A program made the translations under genes and the position numbers. A model generated the notes under the pieces. That model searched no databases. It was not told where the DNA came from and worked only from the letters and a program-made list of their open reading frames with translations. 64,000 nucleotides of DNA from positions 927-64,926 of the forward strand of contig JBBRWS010000006.1 of NCBI GenBank assembly GCA_038249055.1, read 5' to 3'. Shown in pieces: positions 19,173 to 28,036 of this stretch (positions within the stretch are counted from its first letter, which is position 1; every line of letters begins with the position of its first letter). The stretch comes from Minisyncoccia bacterium (GTDB lineage Bacteria; Patescibacteriota; Minisyncoccia; Phycocordibacterales; UBA9973).

Positions 19173-20222
19173 TTATATAGTCTCTGGTTCTTGTTCTAAT
19201 GTTATTCCAAATTTTTCTTCGATAATTTTTATTATTTCATTTTTTGCTTTCATTATATCTTCTTTTGTAGCACTTCCATTATTTACTAGAACAAGTGCGT
19301 TCTTATTATAGATAGAAACCTTCCCAAAAGACTTCCCTTTCAAACCAGCATTCTCTATGAGCCAACCTGCGGGTACTTTTGTAAATTCATTATTTACTGA
19401 GAAAAATTTTGCATCTGGAAATTGTTTTTTTATTTTATCAGCAATTTCATTTGAAACAATTGGATTTTTAAAAAATGAGCCGACATTTGGTATTTCTTTA
19501 GGGTTCGGTAATTTTTCACGGCGTATATTTATTATTGCTTCACGAACTTCTTTTAAAGTTGGATTTTTAATTTTATTAACTTCAAAATATTTAACAACTG
19601 CTGGATAAGAAAGGGCCGGAGAATAATTTTGTAAATTTTTATTTAATCTATAAGCTACAGCTGTAATTATATATTTACCTTTTGCTTTATTTTTGAAAAT
19701 ACTATCTCTATAACCAAATTCACAATCTTTGTTTGGAATAATAGAAAGAGCACCTTTTTTTATATCAAATACCTCAACCCAAAGAAGAGTGTCTTTAATT
19801 TCTGCTCCATAGGCCCCAATATTCTGCACTGGCCCAGCTCCTACAGTCCCAGGTACGGAGGAAAGAGACTCAAAACCAGACAGACCCATATCTACGGTTC
19901 GTTTTACAATATCATCCCAAATTTCACCACCTCCGACTTTTATATCAACGTATTCATCTGTTTCATTAATTATATTGAAACCTTTAATTTCAATTTTAAG
20001 AGCAAGTACGTTTAGTACTCCATCTGAAAAAACAATATTCGAACCTCCACCTAAAATAAAAATGGGGGTAATTTTATAATTTAAATCGTTTTGAACGACA
20101 GCATAAAAAACAGCAAGATCTTCTAGAGAATCAATAATAGTAAAATAGCGAAACTGCCCACCTACTTTTAGTGTTGAGTAATCCTTGATATCCACATTTT
20201 CTTGAATAATCATATCTTGCAA
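19173..20222 (-). CDS. murB: UDP-N-acetylenolpyruvoylglucosamine reductase MurB
   Basis: FAD-binding N-terminal domain (YSTLKVGG...ILGGGSNI) and a MurB C-terminal domain. 349 aa. Confidence 0.85.
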   Translation of the reverse strand: MQDMIIQENVDIKDYSTLKVGGQFRYFTIIDSLEDLAVFYAVVQNDLNYKITPIFILGGGSNIVFSDGVLNVLALKIEIKGFNIINETDEYVDIKVGGGEIWDDIVKRTVDMGLSGFESLSSVPGTVGAGPVQNIGAYGAEIKDTLLWVEVFDIKKGALSIIPNKDCEFGYRDSIFKNKAKGKYIITAVAYRLNKNLQNYSPALSYPAVVKYFEVNKIKNPTLKEVREAIINIRREKLPNPKEIPNVGSFFKNPIVSNEIADKIKKQFPDAKFFSVNNEFTKVPAGWLIENAGLKGKSFGKVSIYNKNALVLVNNGSATKEDIMKAKNEIIKIIEEKFGITLEQEPETI

Positions 20223-20287
20223 TTATATCATATATGATATAAAATATACAACAGAAATTATTAATACTTTTAATATTATATACAAAT

Positions 20288-21802
20288 ATGCAAAAAAAAG
20301 AAACAGAGCAACAAAAAATTGGTTATTTTATAAAAGAATTAAGAGAGCGCCGCAATATGACTCAGGACGCTTTTGCAAAAGAACTTGAAACTTCACAAAG
20401 TGCAGTGGCTCGTATGGAAAAAGGAGAGCAAAATTTCAGTACTGAAATACTTGGAAAAATAAGTGAGGTGCTAAATCATCAAATCGTTTCAATAAACAAT
20501 TCTATTGATTTTCAGATAACTGGTGGTAGAAAATTACATGGAAGTATAAATACAAACTTTTCTAAAAATGGTGCCGTTGGGCTTCTTTGTGCTTCCCTTT
20601 TAAATAAAGGTAAGACTACCCTTCACGGAATCGCACGCATAGAGGAAGTTTACCGAGTAATAGAAATACTTGAAAGTATTGGGGTTTCAGTTAAATGGAC
20701 AGACCATAATTCAGTTTTAATTATACCTCCTGTTAAATTTAATTTAGATAAGATAAATGTAGAATCTGCAGTAAAAACTCGCTCAGTAATAATGCTCATT
20801 GGTCCTCTAATACACCTGCTCCCCTCATTCTCTATTCCTCATGCTTCCGGCTGTAAACTTGGTAAGCGTACTATTAGTGCTCACACTTATGCACTAGAAG
20901 ACCTTGGTGTAAAAATTAAAACATTAAATAATGAATATAAAATAGAAAGCAAAAAATTAAAACCTGCTAATATTATAATGTACGAGGCAGGAGATACAGC
21001 TTGTGAAAATATTCTTATGGCCGTATCAAAAATAAAAGGTACCACAACAATACGTTTTGCTAGTGCAAATTATATGGTTCAAGAAATATGCTTCTTCTTA
21101 GAAAAGTTGGGTGTAAAAATAGAAGGGATAGGAACATCTACACTTGTTGTTCATGGAGTAAAAGATATAAACATGGATATTGAATATTACAACAGTGAAG
21201 ACCCTATTGAGTCTATGATGTTCATTTCTGCAGCAATCGCAACAGATTCTGAACTTAAAATATTGAGATGCCCAATAGACTTTCTCTCTTTAGAAATTGA
21301 AAAATTAAAGAGAATGAATTTAAAATATAAAATCCTTAAAAAATATAAATCATTCAACGAGAGAACAAATTTAGTAGATTTACATATATTCCCTTCTAAA
21401 TTGAAAGCTCTTGAAGATAAAATTCATGCAAATCCCTATCCAGGAATAAATATGGACAATCTTCCCTTCTTTGTGCCTATTGCCATCAAGGCAAAGGGTC
21501 AAACTATGATTCATGACTGGGTATATGAAAACCGTGCTATATACTTTACAGAGTTAAATAGATTAGGTGCTAGTGTTACTTTGGCTGACCCACACAGAGT
21601 TTATATTCAAGGTGGCACTCCTCTTAAATCTGCACAAGTTGTATGTCCTCCAGCACTTCGTCCAGCTATGATAATTCTCATCGGAATGCTCGCAGCTAAT
21701 GGTACATCGATTCTACGTAATGTATATATGATTAAACGTGGATATGAAGAGATAGCAGAGCGATTAAATGGAATAGGTGCTGATATTAAAATCCTAAAAT
21801 AA
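20288..21802 (+). CDS. murA: XRE-family HTH domain fused to UDP-N-acetylglucosamine 1-carboxyvinyltransferase MurA
   Basis: The N-terminal roughly 65 aa (IGYFIKELRERRNMTQDAFAKELETSQSAVARMEKGEQNFSTEILGKISEVL) form a Cro/C1-type HTH. There is no stop and no internal ATG before the MurA core. The core begins ...DFQITGGRKLHGSINTNFSKNGAVGLLCASLL and carries the SGCKLGKR active-site Cys loop. Confidence 0.75.
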   Translation: MQKKETEQQKIGYFIKELRERRNMTQDAFAKELETSQSAVARMEKGEQNFSTEILGKISEVLNHQIVSINNSIDFQITGGRKLHGSINTNFSKNGAVGLLCASLLNKGKTTLHGIARIEEVYRVIEILESIGVSVKWTDHNSVLIIPPVKFNLDKINVESAVKTRSVIMLIGPLIHLLPSFSIPHASGCKLGKRTISAHTYALEDLGVKIKTLNNEYKIESKKLKPANIIMYEAGDTACENILMAVSKIKGTTTIRFASANYMVQEICFFLEKLGVKIEGIGTSTLVVHGVKDINMDIEYYNSEDPIESMMFISAAIATDSELKILRCPIDFLSLEIEKLKRMNLKYKILKKYKSFNERTNLVDLHIFPSKLKALEDKIHANPYPGINMDNLPFFVPIAIKAKGQTMIHDWVYENRAIYFTELNRLGASVTLADPHRVYIQGGTPLKSAQVVCPPALRPAMIILIGMLAANGTSILRNVYMIKRGYEEIAERLNGIGADIKILK

Positions 21803-21805
21803 TAA

Positions 21806-22372
21806 ATGAAAAAATCGGACAAAAAATTAATAATGTTTATAGGTAAAACTCATTCTGGTAAGACTACTTTTGCAAAAGAAATAGAAAAAGAATGTAATAT
21901 TATTATTCTCGAAGCGGATCCTATTGCACTATTTATGAATGAATATTTTCCAAAATTAAGGGAGTGTGATGACAAAAGTCATACAAGCTCTTTTAAAAAT
22001 ATTTCATTAAAATATAAAACATTCTTACTCTTCGTTGAATTTGCAATGTCTCTTAATAAAACTATATTATTATCAAATTCAAATATGTGGTCAAATGGAC
22101 GTAAACTTATTTTTAAATTAGCTAAAAAATTTGATTATAAAATTATTGGTGTCTATTTTGATTTACCAGAAAATTTATTATTTGAAAGAGTTAAAAATTC
22201 TAAAAGAGATGAAGCCGTGCTTAGAGTATCTAAAGATTTTAATGATTTAATTATAAATCAAAGAACTAGAATGGAAATACCAATCTCAAAAGATTTTGAT
22301 AAATTTTTTGTAATAAAATCAGCAGAAGATTTAAAACAAACAAAATCAAATTTGATTAAAATAATAAAATAA
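21806..22372 (+). CDS. P-loop nucleotide/nucleoside kinase-like protein (AAA_33/zeta-toxin-like fold)
   Basis: Walker A is FIGKTHSGKTT at the N-terminus. 188 aa. Confidence 0.5.
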   Translation: MKKSDKKLIMFIGKTHSGKTTFAKEIEKECNIIILEADPIALFMNEYFPKLRECDDKSHTSSFKNISLKYKTFLLFVEFAMSLNKTILLSNSNMWSNGRKLIFKLAKKFDYKIIGVYFDLPENLLFERVKNSKRDEAVLRVSKDFNDLIINQRTRMEIPISKDFDKFFVIKSAEDLKQTKSNLIKIIK

Positions 22373-22403
22373 AAACTGCGAGGTAATCCTCGCAGTTTTT
22401 ATT

Positions 22404-22973
22404 TTAATTTAAATCTATTTTTTCATAAGTTTTTATTAATTTTATCCAAGTTTCGTATATTTCTTTAAGCTTATTTTGAATCTCTGGGAAAGCTGCCAAA
22501 TCTCTATAATCACGCTCTATTTTAGAATATACTTTAAATTCTCTATTGTTTTCTTTGTCATTTTTAGCAATATCAAAATACAAAGATGATGTCATATGAC
22601 TTGCAGAATCTACGCATGCAATAATCTTAGCTTCTAGTGTTTCAGGTATAATATCATTACATCTATGTGCCCTTACACAGTGCAAAACTTTATCTATTTT
22701 ATTATTGGAATAATTTTCTTTCTCAAGAAATTCACGTGCTCTTTGTTCGCTTCTCACTGCATGATCAATATCCGCTGGAACAGGATAATGTCCTATATCA
22801 TGAAGCCATACAGAGAGAAGAACTACTTCCATGTCTGCTTGTGGGTATTTTTTTAATAAATATATTGCCCATTTTTCAACTTCTGGAACATGAGAAAGCA
22901 ATTGATATGGGTCTTTACCAAAATCATTAATTACTTTTATAAACTCATTTTTAGTTTTTTCAATTATTGTCAT
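22404..22973 (-). CDS. HD-domain phosphohydrolase
   Basis: VWLHDIGH (the H...HD motif) and a downstream His/Asp. Confidence 0.6.
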   Translation of the reverse strand: MTIIEKTKNEFIKVINDFGKDPYQLLSHVPEVEKWAIYLLKKYPQADMEVVLLSVWLHDIGHYPVPADIDHAVRSEQRAREFLEKENYSNNKIDKVLHCVRAHRCNDIIPETLEAKIIACVDSASHMTSSLYFDIAKNDKENNREFKVYSKIERDYRDLAAFPEIQNKLKEIYETWIKLIKTYEKIDLN

Positions 22974-22976
22974 AAT

Positions 22977-23546
22977 TTATTTACTTATTAACATAAAAGA
23001 AACTATAAGTAATGGAACTAATGATATAAAAAGCCATTTTGCCAAAGCCCATCTAGATGGCTCGTTTTCTATTCTATACCCAGGATTTACTTTAATAATT
23101 TGTTCTCTTATGTATTTGGTTATATTTAATTCACTGAACGAAAACAAACGCTCCTTACTTGTGTACATTTCTGGTAATACAAATATAATATTTGATTTAC
23201 CGGTTTCATTGTTCTTATATTTTATAGTAAGAATATACCAATTTGAACCGAAAATATTCTGATTAATCCATTCTATATCTTTGTATTCAAGAGTCTTTTC
23301 ACTAATCAATGTTTTCATTAAAATATTATTTTCACCAACTTTTACATATCTTAATTTAGAAAAATTTATTATTACTACAATTGAAGCCCAAAACCAAAAA
23401 GGCATCATAAATAATGATTCTTCATCAATCGGATTACCTACGATAAAAAAATAATAGATTTGAAATAAAAAAACAGCTACTATTATTGGTGTTGCAATGT
23501 ATTGTGAATATGTTGCAAACGATGAACTTTTATATTTTATATCCAT
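22977..23546 (-). CDS. Hypothetical membrane protein
   Basis: 189 aa with N- and C-terminal TM helices. Confidence 0.3.
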   Translation of the reverse strand: MDIKYKSSSFATYSQYIATPIIVAVFLFQIYYFFIVGNPIDEESLFMMPFWFWASIVVIINFSKLRYVKVGENNILMKTLISEKTLEYKDIEWINQNIFGSNWYILTIKYKNNETGKSNIIFVLPEMYTSKERLFSFSELNITKYIREQIIKVNPGYRIENEPSRWALAKWLFISLVPLLIVSFMLISK

Positions 23547-23568
23547 AAAATTATAAATTAATTAAAAG

Positions 23569-24285
23569 TTATTTTATTATTCCATTTAGACTAATAACTA
23601 AAAATTGAAAAATAAAATATACTATAACAACCCAAACCCAAACACTTATACCCTTTTTTGTTTTTTGTCCTTCAGGTAAAACCTCCAATTCTGGATGTTT
23701 ATGTATATACAACTTATAAAATATAATTATCAAAATACTTAAAGTTCCATCAATAATAGCAGCGGCGCCAAATATCCTAAAAAATGCTTCTCCTAAAACT
23801 TGAGTGGCATCATTTACATAAATAACAGCTTGTAGCATAGAAAATAATATAGAGACGAAAATATAATTTGCTTGTATGAGCATATCAATGTACTTTTCTT
23901 TATTTAACGCTTTCATTAATACATTAATATATAGTGCTGTTAAAAACACAGAACCAAAAGTTTGGTATAGATGAACGACAGTATTCCCTGTTACAACATC
24001 CCAGACTCCAAAAATAGAAGTAATGAAACTGGCTACAACAAGAGAAAACACTACGTTAGTTATAAATGGCATTTTTTCAAAAATATTTTGTTTTTCATCA
24101 TCCCATATAAAAAGCAAACTAACCAAAGAATGAATAACCACCATAAAAAGTGTCCATAATACCTTCTCACTAATATCATTAAAATCTCCAGTTAGAACGG
24201 TTACCACGGCCACAAGAGCTGACGCAATCAAACTTCCTATTAAACCATACAGAAAAAACTTTTTGAACTGTGAAAAATTTACCAT
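23569..24285 (-). CDS. Hypothetical polytopic membrane protein
   Basis: 238 aa with about 7 hydrophobic helices. Confidence 0.35.
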   Translation of the reverse strand: MVNFSQFKKFFLYGLIGSLIASALVAVVTVLTGDFNDISEKVLWTLFMVVIHSLVSLLFIWDDEKQNIFEKMPFITNVVFSLVVASFITSIFGVWDVVTGNTVVHLYQTFGSVFLTALYINVLMKALNKEKYIDMLIQANYIFVSILFSMLQAVIYVNDATQVLGEAFFRIFGAAAIIDGTLSILIIIFYKLYIHKHPELEVLPEGQKTKKGISVWVWVVIVYFIFQFLVISLNGIIK

Positions 24286-24415
24286 AATTTTTGATATTTA
24301 GTATGTGATATTTAACAAGATTTATCTTGAAAAACAAATACTGGGTTTAAATAATCTAATAATTAACTACTCACTAATTATACCACTTCAACTACAAAAA
24401 TGATAAAATATAAAG

Positions 24416-24994
24416 GTGATTTCAAAGAAAGAAAAATTAAATAAATTAAACATTTTCTGGCAAAAAAATTGTACTTGCAAATTAAAAGCGACGGCAACAC
24501 AACCGGTTTTTGGAGATGGAAATGCAGAAAGTAAAATAGTATTTATAGGAGAAGCTCCTGGTAAAAAAGAAGATATCGAGGGAAAACCATTTATTGGAGC
24601 TGCGGGTAAATTTTTTAGTGAAATGCTTAGTTCCATAAAAATGAACCGAGAAGATGTATATATTACTAATATAGTTAAATATCGCCCACCAAACAATCGT
24701 GATCCAGATGAAGACGAAAAAATATCTTGTAATAAGTGGCTAATAGAAGAACTCAAAATAATAAACCCCAAATTAATTATATTTTTAGGTAGACATTCAA
24801 TGCTCCGATTTTTCCCCGAGGAAAAAATCGGAGCCATACACGGCAAACTTCTAGTTAAAAACGTTCCGGAACTAGGTGAGCAAAATTTTTTGCCTCTTTA
24901 TCATCCAGCCGCTGCACTTTATAATGGTAATTTAAGAAAAACTCTTATAAAAGATTTTAAGAAAATTCCAAAAATATTAGAAAAAATTAGTTAA
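24416..24994 (+). CDS. Uracil-DNA glycosylase, family 4
   Basis: Motif A is FIGEAPGKKED...GKPFIGAAGKFF, motif B is LYHPAAALYN. The N-terminal Cys cluster is compatible with an Fe-S family 4 UDG. Confidence 0.8.
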   Translation: MISKKEKLNKLNIFWQKNCTCKLKATATQPVFGDGNAESKIVFIGEAPGKKEDIEGKPFIGAAGKFFSEMLSSIKMNREDVYITNIVKYRPPNNRDPDEDEKISCNKWLIEELKIINPKLIIFLGRHSMLRFFPEEKIGAIHGKLLVKNVPELGEQNFLPLYHPAAALYNGNLRKTLIKDFKKIPKILEKIS

Positions 24995-25012
24995 AATAGT
25001 TATAATAAGAAA

Positions 25013-25615
25013 ATGGAAAATGCACAAAAAACAAATATAGAAAAAATATTACCCAAAGATATAATTTTACAATTAGAAAATTTGGGTATTAAAAATATAG
25101 AAATATTAAAAGGAGATATTCTTGATATCGGAGCGGGAGATGGTAATTTGGCTAAATATTTATCTCAAAATATAAATTTAAAAGTAACAGCATTAGATGA
25201 AAATCCACCAGAAAAGCCTGAATTTGAAATTATTAAAGGAGATGCTAAAAATCTACCTTTTGAAAATGAATCATTTGATATGATAATATCCCATGCTTCA
25301 ATACCCAATATTTTTATAAGTTTATATTCTTTTGAGCACCCAGAATTATCAGAAAATGAAATACGAAATGCCGTTAAAAAATCTTTTAATGAAATAATAA
25401 GGGTTTTAAAGAAAAATGGAGAAGTAAGAATTTCCCCTGTTATTATGTCAGATAATTATAATTCACAAAAAATATTGAAAGAAATAATCCTTAGTGAATT
25501 GGAGTCATTAAGAAAAGATGGGTATTCTGTTAATAATGATTTCATTAGAACTGAATTTAATCCTTCAAATAAAGAAAAAACAGATATGTACAGAATTATA
25601 ATACATAAAAAATAA
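25013..25615 (+). CDS. Class I SAM-dependent methyltransferase
   Basis: Motif I ILDIGAGDGNLAKYL, motif post-I ALDEN. Confidence 0.65.
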   Translation: MENAQKTNIEKILPKDIILQLENLGIKNIEILKGDILDIGAGDGNLAKYLSQNINLKVTALDENPPEKPEFEIIKGDAKNLPFENESFDMIISHASIPNIFISLYSFEHPELSENEIRNAVKKSFNEIIRVLKKNGEVRISPVIMSDNYNSQKILKEIILSELESLRKDGYSVNNDFIRTEFNPSNKEKTDMYRIIIHKK

Positions 25616-25638
25616 TTAAATTTATCTAAAAAATAAAA

Positions 25639-26406
25639 TTAGAGTTTTTTTACTTCTATACACATAAACATAGGAATCTCTTTGCGAGCTTTATCTTCAG
25701 CCATTTGGCGAGGGCCAATACCACTTTGTTTGTGAGAAATCCATTCTTCAAGCCTAGTAATAGCAAAACCATTTTTAGAAAGTAATTTCATATAATATTG
25801 AAGTGAACGATGAAATGTTATTGTACTAATTTTCTTTTTGAGATTTTTTTCTCCTGGAGTCATATCAATAGATAATTTAGATTCTGAAAGATATTTATGA
25901 ATTATGCGTGATTGTATTCCGTTTTCAAAAAACCAATCACTTCCCTGAGGAACACGAAAAGCGGGATGATTTAATACCAAAACGATTCGTCCATTATTTT
26001 TAAGAATTCTCTTGCATTCTGCAAATACTTCACTAACATTTTCTATATTTTGAATTGCCAAAACGATAACAATAGTATCAACAGAATTATCTTTAAGGAA
26101 TTGAGATCTATGCGCCGGAGAAATGTAAAATGTTACTTTTTCTTTTGAATTTTTTTTGGCTGTTTCTATAAGCTTTTTAGATAAATCTGATGCAACTACA
26201 TTTGCGCCAGCATGCGCAAAAACGTTTGCAAAATAACCTTGCCCACAAGCAAGGTCTAGAACCTGCTCTCCTTTCCTCAAATCAAGAACTCTTAATAAGT
26301 TCGGTAAAATAACCTTAGCTTGATAACTATCGTCATTTTTTAATAAATCATCATACCAATCGGCTACTTTATTCCAGGAAGTATCTTTATTTTGAGAGTT
26401 TTTCAT
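25639..26406 (-). CDS. Class I SAM-dependent methyltransferase (UbiE/COQ5-like)
   Basis: Motif I VLDLACGQGYF. Acidic residue after beta2 (VASDLS). Confidence 0.7.
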   Translation of the reverse strand: MKNSQNKDTSWNKVADWYDDLLKNDDSYQAKVILPNLLRVLDLRKGEQVLDLACGQGYFANVFAHAGANVVASDLSKKLIETAKKNSKEKVTFYISPAHRSQFLKDNSVDTIVIVLAIQNIENVSEVFAECKRILKNNGRIVLVLNHPAFRVPQGSDWFFENGIQSRIIHKYLSESKLSIDMTPGEKNLKKKISTITFHRSLQYYMKLLSKNGFAITRLEEWISHKQSGIGPRQMAEDKARKEIPMFMCIEVKKL

Positions 26407-26451
26407 AGTTTTGATTATATATTAAATTTTAAAAAATAAGAAGGATATCCT

Positions 26452-26542
26452 ATAGAGGTCCAACCTCTACCTAAATTGAAAATAATTGAAATAAAACTGT
26501 TGATAAATAAAGGTATATTTTAGGTAGAGGTTGGACCTCTAT
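26452..26542. repeat. 24-bp perfect inverted repeats (hairpin-containing) of the GAGGTCCAACCTC family
   Basis: atagaggtccaacctctacctaaa at 26452-26475 and tttaggtagaggttggacctctat at 26519-26542. Each arm is itself a palindrome (tagagg-tccaa-cctcta). Located between divergent/convergent gene ends. Confidence 0.85.
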
Positions 26543-28030
26543 TTATTCGATTATTGTCATATCTTCAGGCCGAATTTCTTTATCTTCATAATCTTCTATT
26601 TTTTCTTTCCTCTTTATCAACAAAAAAGAAGTTATACCTATTCCAATAATTACAATTAGCCCGATAAATGGATAAGTGGATTTGGGTAACTCAAACTCAG
26701 ATCCCGATGCACTAGCTGCCAAATCATTTAAGTTTATTATTTGTGAATCTTTAAACAAGGTATCTTCTTTTTCTTTAATATATGTATCCGAATTATTATT
26801 AATGAAATTTTTTATTGTTGGATTTTTTTGTATTGGTTTCTTTATCTCAATCGGGTATGAAGCAACTATTTCTTTATTAGGATTCATTATAAATACAGAT
26901 TTGATATCCTCCGATATAAATCCGGTTATTCTTGATGAAAATTTTATTTTATTACCCGCCAACAGTGTAGTCCCTACAGGGATAATAAAATAATGAGATT
27001 GAGCTGTAATCACCCAATCAGAAAGAGAAATATCGTAATTTGATTTATTTTCAATTTCGATAAAAGGATCAGTATCATCTCCAACTGAACTTATGTAAAC
27101 TTCTGAAGGAATAACTTTTATAACCATTTTATTTGTCGCATCAGGTTCTTTGCTAAAATAACTATCAAAATAAGAAAGAGATAATAAATATTCTCCAGGG
27201 TATTCATAAACGTATTTAAAAGGACCATCTTCTTTTACTTCAACAACCATGCCATCACCAAAATTCCAAACAAATCTTCCAACAGCATAAATTTCTCCCC
27301 TATTAGTTGTAGTCAACGAACTAAATGAGAAAGGAATTCCAGCTAAAACTATTTTTGGTGATATTATTTTTGTGGTTATTTTTAAAATATCTTGTTTCTC
27401 TTTACTTGTACTAGAACTTGAGGTATTTGAACCAGAATTTGCAGTGGTGGTATTTATATCACCAGTATCTATAGTGTCAGCTGTAGTTTCGTTATTGTCA
27501 CTTAAGCTACTGGCGCTTTGGTTTGTTTTACCAGGAGTAGGAATACCACTTACCCATTCTCCATCTATTTTCGATAAAGAACTCTTGGAAGCCTTACTTC
27601 CTCCTTTTGAAATATCATATGTGACATCATCAATAATTGTTTTATTTGAATCTGAAATTGCAATATAAGTATTATCCCCACTATCAGGTAAAGAAAGTAC
27701 GGAGGCACTAAAAACCATATCAAAAAATTCAAGCCAGTTATAATCAGTTTGACTTTTTGCAATAACTGCATATTTTGATGATTGTAAAATTGTACTTTCT
27801 CCAATCTTTAATGTAATAGGCCCAGAATTTTCGCCATGGAAAAATCTATATTTATTTAAATCAACTGATGTAGTTCCATTGTTGTACACTTCTATCCATT
27901 CATAATCAGAACCGCCTTCTGGAGAATACATAATTTCGGTTATTTCCAGATTGGCATATGCTAAATTTGCCCAAGAAAAAAATATTATAAATACAATAAT
28001 ATAATATTTTAATTTAAGTTTAAAAAGCAT
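26543..28030 (-). CDS. Lamin-tail-domain (LTD) surface protein with signal peptide and C-terminal TM anchor
   Basis: The N-terminus LEITEIMYSPEGGSDYEWIEVYNNGTTSVDLNKYRFF matches the LTD pattern (I.E.MY.....D.EFIELYN....VDLSGW). Ser/Thr-rich linker. C-terminal PFIGLIVIIGIGITSFLLIKRKEK. Confidence 0.6.
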   Translation of the reverse strand: MLFKLKLKYYIIVFIIFFSWANLAYANLEITEIMYSPEGGSDYEWIEVYNNGTTSVDLNKYRFFHGENSGPITLKIGESTILQSSKYAVIAKSQTDYNWLEFFDMVFSASVLSLPDSGDNTYIAISDSNKTIIDDVTYDISKGGSKASKSSLSKIDGEWVSGIPTPGKTNQSASSLSDNNETTADTIDTGDINTTTANSGSNTSSSSTSKEKQDILKITTKIISPKIVLAGIPFSFSSLTTTNRGEIYAVGRFVWNFGDGMVVEVKEDGPFKYVYEYPGEYLLSLSYFDSYFSKEPDATNKMVIKVIPSEVYISSVGDDTDPFIEIENKSNYDISLSDWVITAQSHYFIIPVGTTLLAGNKIKFSSRITGFISEDIKSVFIMNPNKEIVASYPIEIKKPIQKNPTIKNFINNNSDTYIKEKEDTLFKDSQIINLNDLAASASGSEFELPKSTYPFIGLIVIIGIGITSFLLIKRKEKIEDYEDKEIRPEDMTIIE

Positions 28031-28036
28031 AAATGA

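Noticed and set aside
24388-24846. 152-aa minus-strand ORF
   Set aside because: Antisense to the well-supported family 4 UDG gene.
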